Source: Podarcis liolepis (lineage: Eukaryota). Taken from it: a DNA stretch of 64,000 bases. The stretch lies in NCBI GenBank assembly GCA_965112155.1, contig OZ218098.1; one strand, given 5' to 3'. The translations under genes and the position numbers were made by a program. Position 1 is the first letter of the stretch. The number at the start of each line of letters is the position of its first letter. The notes below the pieces were generated by a model. The model did no database searches. It was not told the DNA's origin and saw nothing but the letters and a program-made list of their open reading frames with translations. Shown here piece after piece: positions 60,631 through 64,000 of the stretch.

Positions 60631-62096
60631 CCTATTCCTTTGGAACAGTTTATACCCCTAAACTCCTAAATTCCAGTCTCTTCCAGCAAGACAACCAGCT
60701 TGCTCTTGCTACAAGTGTCCTGTTCCTTGTTCACTGGCAGAATGTCAAACATGGCACAGGTTTGACAGATCACTGCAGCAGCTCCCTCGCCCTCCATGTC
60801 TCTGGTCCTATGCACACCAAGAGACAGAACTCTGGGCCTCCCCTTTAAACTCCCCCACTAAACGCCCATTTGCGAGGTCTGTTTGCGAGCTCCCAGGATC
60901 TGCACTGAGCTAAGTTTGACTGCTGCTGGTTGCTAACTCCTCCCTCAGCCTGGCTTCCTCTCAGCTGGAACTCCTACCTCTCAGATCCTGTGTTCCCATA
61001 GAGCCATCAGCCACACACACCCTCAGCCTGCAAAAGACACAATCTTACTCTCTTCAGTCTCTTCCAGGAATCCTTGCCCGTGTTTGCAAGCTCTCTTTGC
61101 GAGCTCTTCATAATACATCATAAAGAATGACTGAGATGAATAGAAATCACCAAATAGCATTCTTGTACAGTACAACAAATCTGCTTCCCCAAAGGTTATA
61201 CAGTATATGATTTGTTACTTAAGGAATGTGTGGATGCAAGTGATGTCCCAACCCAGGCAGGGGGGAGGAGATGCAGGATTAGCTACTGCCGGTGGGGTAC
61301 AGCTTAAAATAATCATTACAGTATGAATTCCTCTGACACAGTCAAAGATAATTTTCCTATTTAATTAGCTATCAAAAAATCAAAATTACCCATGTGTAAT
61401 TAATATAATAAAATGAAACCATTATAAGCAATGCATATTAGTTTCATTAATCCTGTGTGAGTAATTCTGATTTTTCGATAACAAACTACACTGCTATCTG
61501 TAAAGGAATGACATTTGTTCAATTATGATGATTTTAGCTGATTAATGGATACTGCTGGTTACTAACGGATTGCCTTGGTGTGGTTTTGTGAAACTGGGAT
61601 GCTTGTTAGAGCCTCAATTTGATTAGATCAAACTAAGTTGCTTCCATAAAACAACAGACAGATATCTGTAACTTTTCTGATTCAATACCAGTTTTAAACA
61701 TAGGCTAACTCTGTTGCAGATAAAAATCCCTAATGGAACAGAAGGGGAAATGAACTCATTTATCCATTGCTCTGGGAAAGGGTGGTTATCAGCTTCATGA
61801 ACTGCTGACAAATGTGCAGAACAAACAAACCTGAGGCCTATTCCTATGCAGACACATCCAGGACCATTTTTTAAAAAATAATAATAATAAATCAATAGGG
61901 TTAGGCACTCCTAATATCTATGCTGGGCTGTAAAGAGAGTGAAGCAGAGATCAAGACCAAGAGATGTTCTCATGCAGATTGGTTTTTTCCCTCAGCTGTA
62001 GGGAGCCTTCACAAATTCCAAATCCTTTAAAAGACCTGCTCACACTAAGAGTGCAGATTAAGGGAAAGTGGGGCCCTGCTACTAGCTCCCACCACC

Positions 62097-62265
62097 CAGT
62101 GGCGTAGCGTGGGTTGTCAGCACCCGGGGCAAGGCAAGTAATTTGCGCCCCCTAACCCATGGATTTGCGCCTCCTAACCTGTGGATTTGCGCCCCCTAAC
62201 CCTAACCCCCAGATGTTGCGCCCGGTGCGACCGGCCCCCCCTGCACCCCCCACGCTACGCCACTG
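62097..62265. mobile_element. hAT MITE with internal CCCTAA-containing tandem repeats
   Basis: Perfect TIR CAGTGGCGTAGCGTGGG and a perfect 8-bp TSD, CCACCACC. Confidence 0.9.
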
Positions 62266-62736
62266 CCACCACCAACGTTACACCCACCCAGTGGCAGATT
62301 GGGGCTCTCAAATTTCAGCAGCGCCCTGTGCGTTGCTAAAATCTGGGGCTCCCTCACCTCTCATGCTCTGTTCTGTATCACTGTTGCAGTGCCCCCTGCA
62401 ATGCCAGCAGCCAGTGCAGCCGAACTGGTCATAATACCCTATAACCACCTCTGTCCACCCCATTCCCTGGCATCAGTGTGTTGGAGCGGATCAGATTCAG
62501 CCAGGAGAGTCCTGTTTTGGGTGAAACCACACCTGCTTCCATCCTTCTGAGCCTTGGACAAAGGAAAATGCCCTTTTATTATGACTGTGGAAGAAGGGAC
62601 AACGTAAAGGCACTCTGACCTTCTCAGAGTCACTCTGCTTCTTAATTTTAAAGTGGGCACTGACAGAGGAAAAGGGACACACATTCCCTTAATACTGAGA
62701 GCAAAGCATTCCGTGTATGCTCAGAGGCACTGCAAT

Positions 62737-63185
62737 TTGTTGTTGTTTAGTCATTTAGCCGTGCCCAACTCTTCGTGACCCCATGGACCAGAGCATGCCA
62801 GGCACTCCTGTCTTCCACTGCCTCCCGCAGTTTGGTCAAACTCATGCTGGTAGCTTAGAGAACACTGTCCAACCATCTCGTCCTCTGTTGTCCCCTTCTC
62901 CTTGCACCCTCCATCTTTCCCAACATCAGGGTCATTTCCAGGGAGTCTTTTCTTCTCATGAGGTGGCCAAAGTATTGGAGCCTCAGCTTCACGATCTGTC
63001 CTTCCAGTGAGCACTCAGGGCCGATTTCCTTAAGAATGGAGAGGTTTGATCTTCTTGCAGTCCATGGGACTCTGAAGAGTCTCCTCCAGCACCATAATTC
63101 AAAAGCATCAGTTGTTTGGCGATCAGCCTTCTTTATGGTCCAGCTTTCACTTCCATACATCACTACTGTGAAAACCATAGCACTG
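62737..63185 (-). mobile_element. BovB (RTE clade) LINE 3' fragment
   Basis: MYGSESWTIKKADRQTTDAFELWCWRR...LRLQYFGHLMRR, with a (CAA)n tail. Confidence 0.93.
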
Positions 63186-63299
63186 CAATACCAGATGCAG
63201 TTTCCGCTTTAAGAATTCCCTGCCATGGATTTGCTGCTTGTTCTTGGGCTCTGCCACTTACTGCTGTGTGTCAAGTCTTCTCCAGCTGTAAAACAGAAC

Positions 63300-63450
63300 C
63301 AGCATAGTGGACTCTCCTTCACTGGAGGTTTTTAAGCAGAGATTCAAAGGCCACCTCTCATGGATGCTTTGATTGAGATTCATGCATTGCAAGGGGTTGG
63401 ACTAGATAATTCTCCTCGTGATCCCTTCCAACCAGTTTATGATTCTATGA
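63300..63450 (+). mobile_element. CR1 3' tail fragment
   Basis: TCTCCTTCACTGGAGGTTTTTAAGCAGAG...CCCTTCCAAC...ATGATTCTATG. Confidence 0.7.
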
Positions 63451-64000
63451 ACATCCTCCAAATACTGTACTATTCCATGTATAAGACGAGTTTTTTTAAC
63501 TCTAAAATTATGTTCAAAAACTTGCCTCATCTTATCCGTGGATAGTGAATGGGGTGGACAGGTGATTGGCAGGAGCTTGTAAGTGATGATTGTTGGCTGC
63601 TAGAAGGGCTGCTTTCAATTGGCTGCTGCTTCTCTAATTGGGCTGGTGATTGGCTTCTGCAGCAAAACTGCTGTTGATTGGCTGCCGCTGCCGCAATTGG
63701 CGGTGGCTGTTCTGGGATGCGTGCGATTGCCAGCGGACAGCTTTTTTCAGTCGGGTAAGGATTTTTCTGCTGGGGAAGGGTCTGTTTGCAATTGTCTGTC
63801 GCTGTGAGAAGTGGGCAAATGTCTGCTGCCTGCAATTGTCAGTGTCGATGCTGCGTGTGAGCAATTTTTGGCAATTCCCCCCCCCCCAAAAAAAAAACCA
63901 CACTGTAAAACTCTGGGCAATCCTCCGCAAAAAAACTCAACAAATCTGAGCCATCTCTCCCCCCATTTTCTTAAATTTGAGTCCCCCCAAATATATAGAT

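Noticed and set aside
51444-64000. ITPRID2 exons 1-2 (expected ...NEKIAIWLKDC)
   Set aside because: No matching coding sequence or CpG-island promoter was found by eye. They are presumably beyond the window.
63465-64000. Possible further pogo-type MITE with internal GATTGGC repeats
   Set aside because: Only one degenerate terminus is visible and the other end would be outside the window, so it was not called.

Overview
Vertebrate genomic DNA from a squamate, most likely a lacertid lizard, judged from its Sauria SINE, BovB, CR1, L2 and Penelope repeat content. It has two main components, both on the minus strand. (1) Positions ~1-6095 hold a young, apparently intact tyrosine-recombinase retrotransposon (DIRS order, Ngaro-like). 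It has a TATA/CCAAT 5' promoter, a CpG-rich tandem-repeat leader with CTCF and YY1 motifs, and ORFs for gag (CCCH/CCHC zinc finger), RT-RNase H and tyrosine recombinase. A fourth ORF, an SGNH/GDSL-type hydrolase, runs off the left edge and is absent from the ORF track. The three downstream ORFs each have a phase-1 splice acceptor at their 5' end, and a weaker one precedes the gag ATG, which suggests a splicing-based expression programme. (2) Positions ~9180-51443 hold ITPRID2 (SSFA2/KRAP): 15 coding exons (equivalent to human exons 3-17) plus a UTR-only last exon, all with GT-AG junctions and compatible phases. Exons 1-2 were not found and presumably lie beyond 64000. A candidate alternative first coding exon sits in intron 3. 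The introns are dense with SINEs, LINE fragments and hAT/pogo-type MITEs, including a multi-layer nested stack and a hairpin-rich MITE family. Gene and family names come from recalled sequence knowledge; no database search was run.
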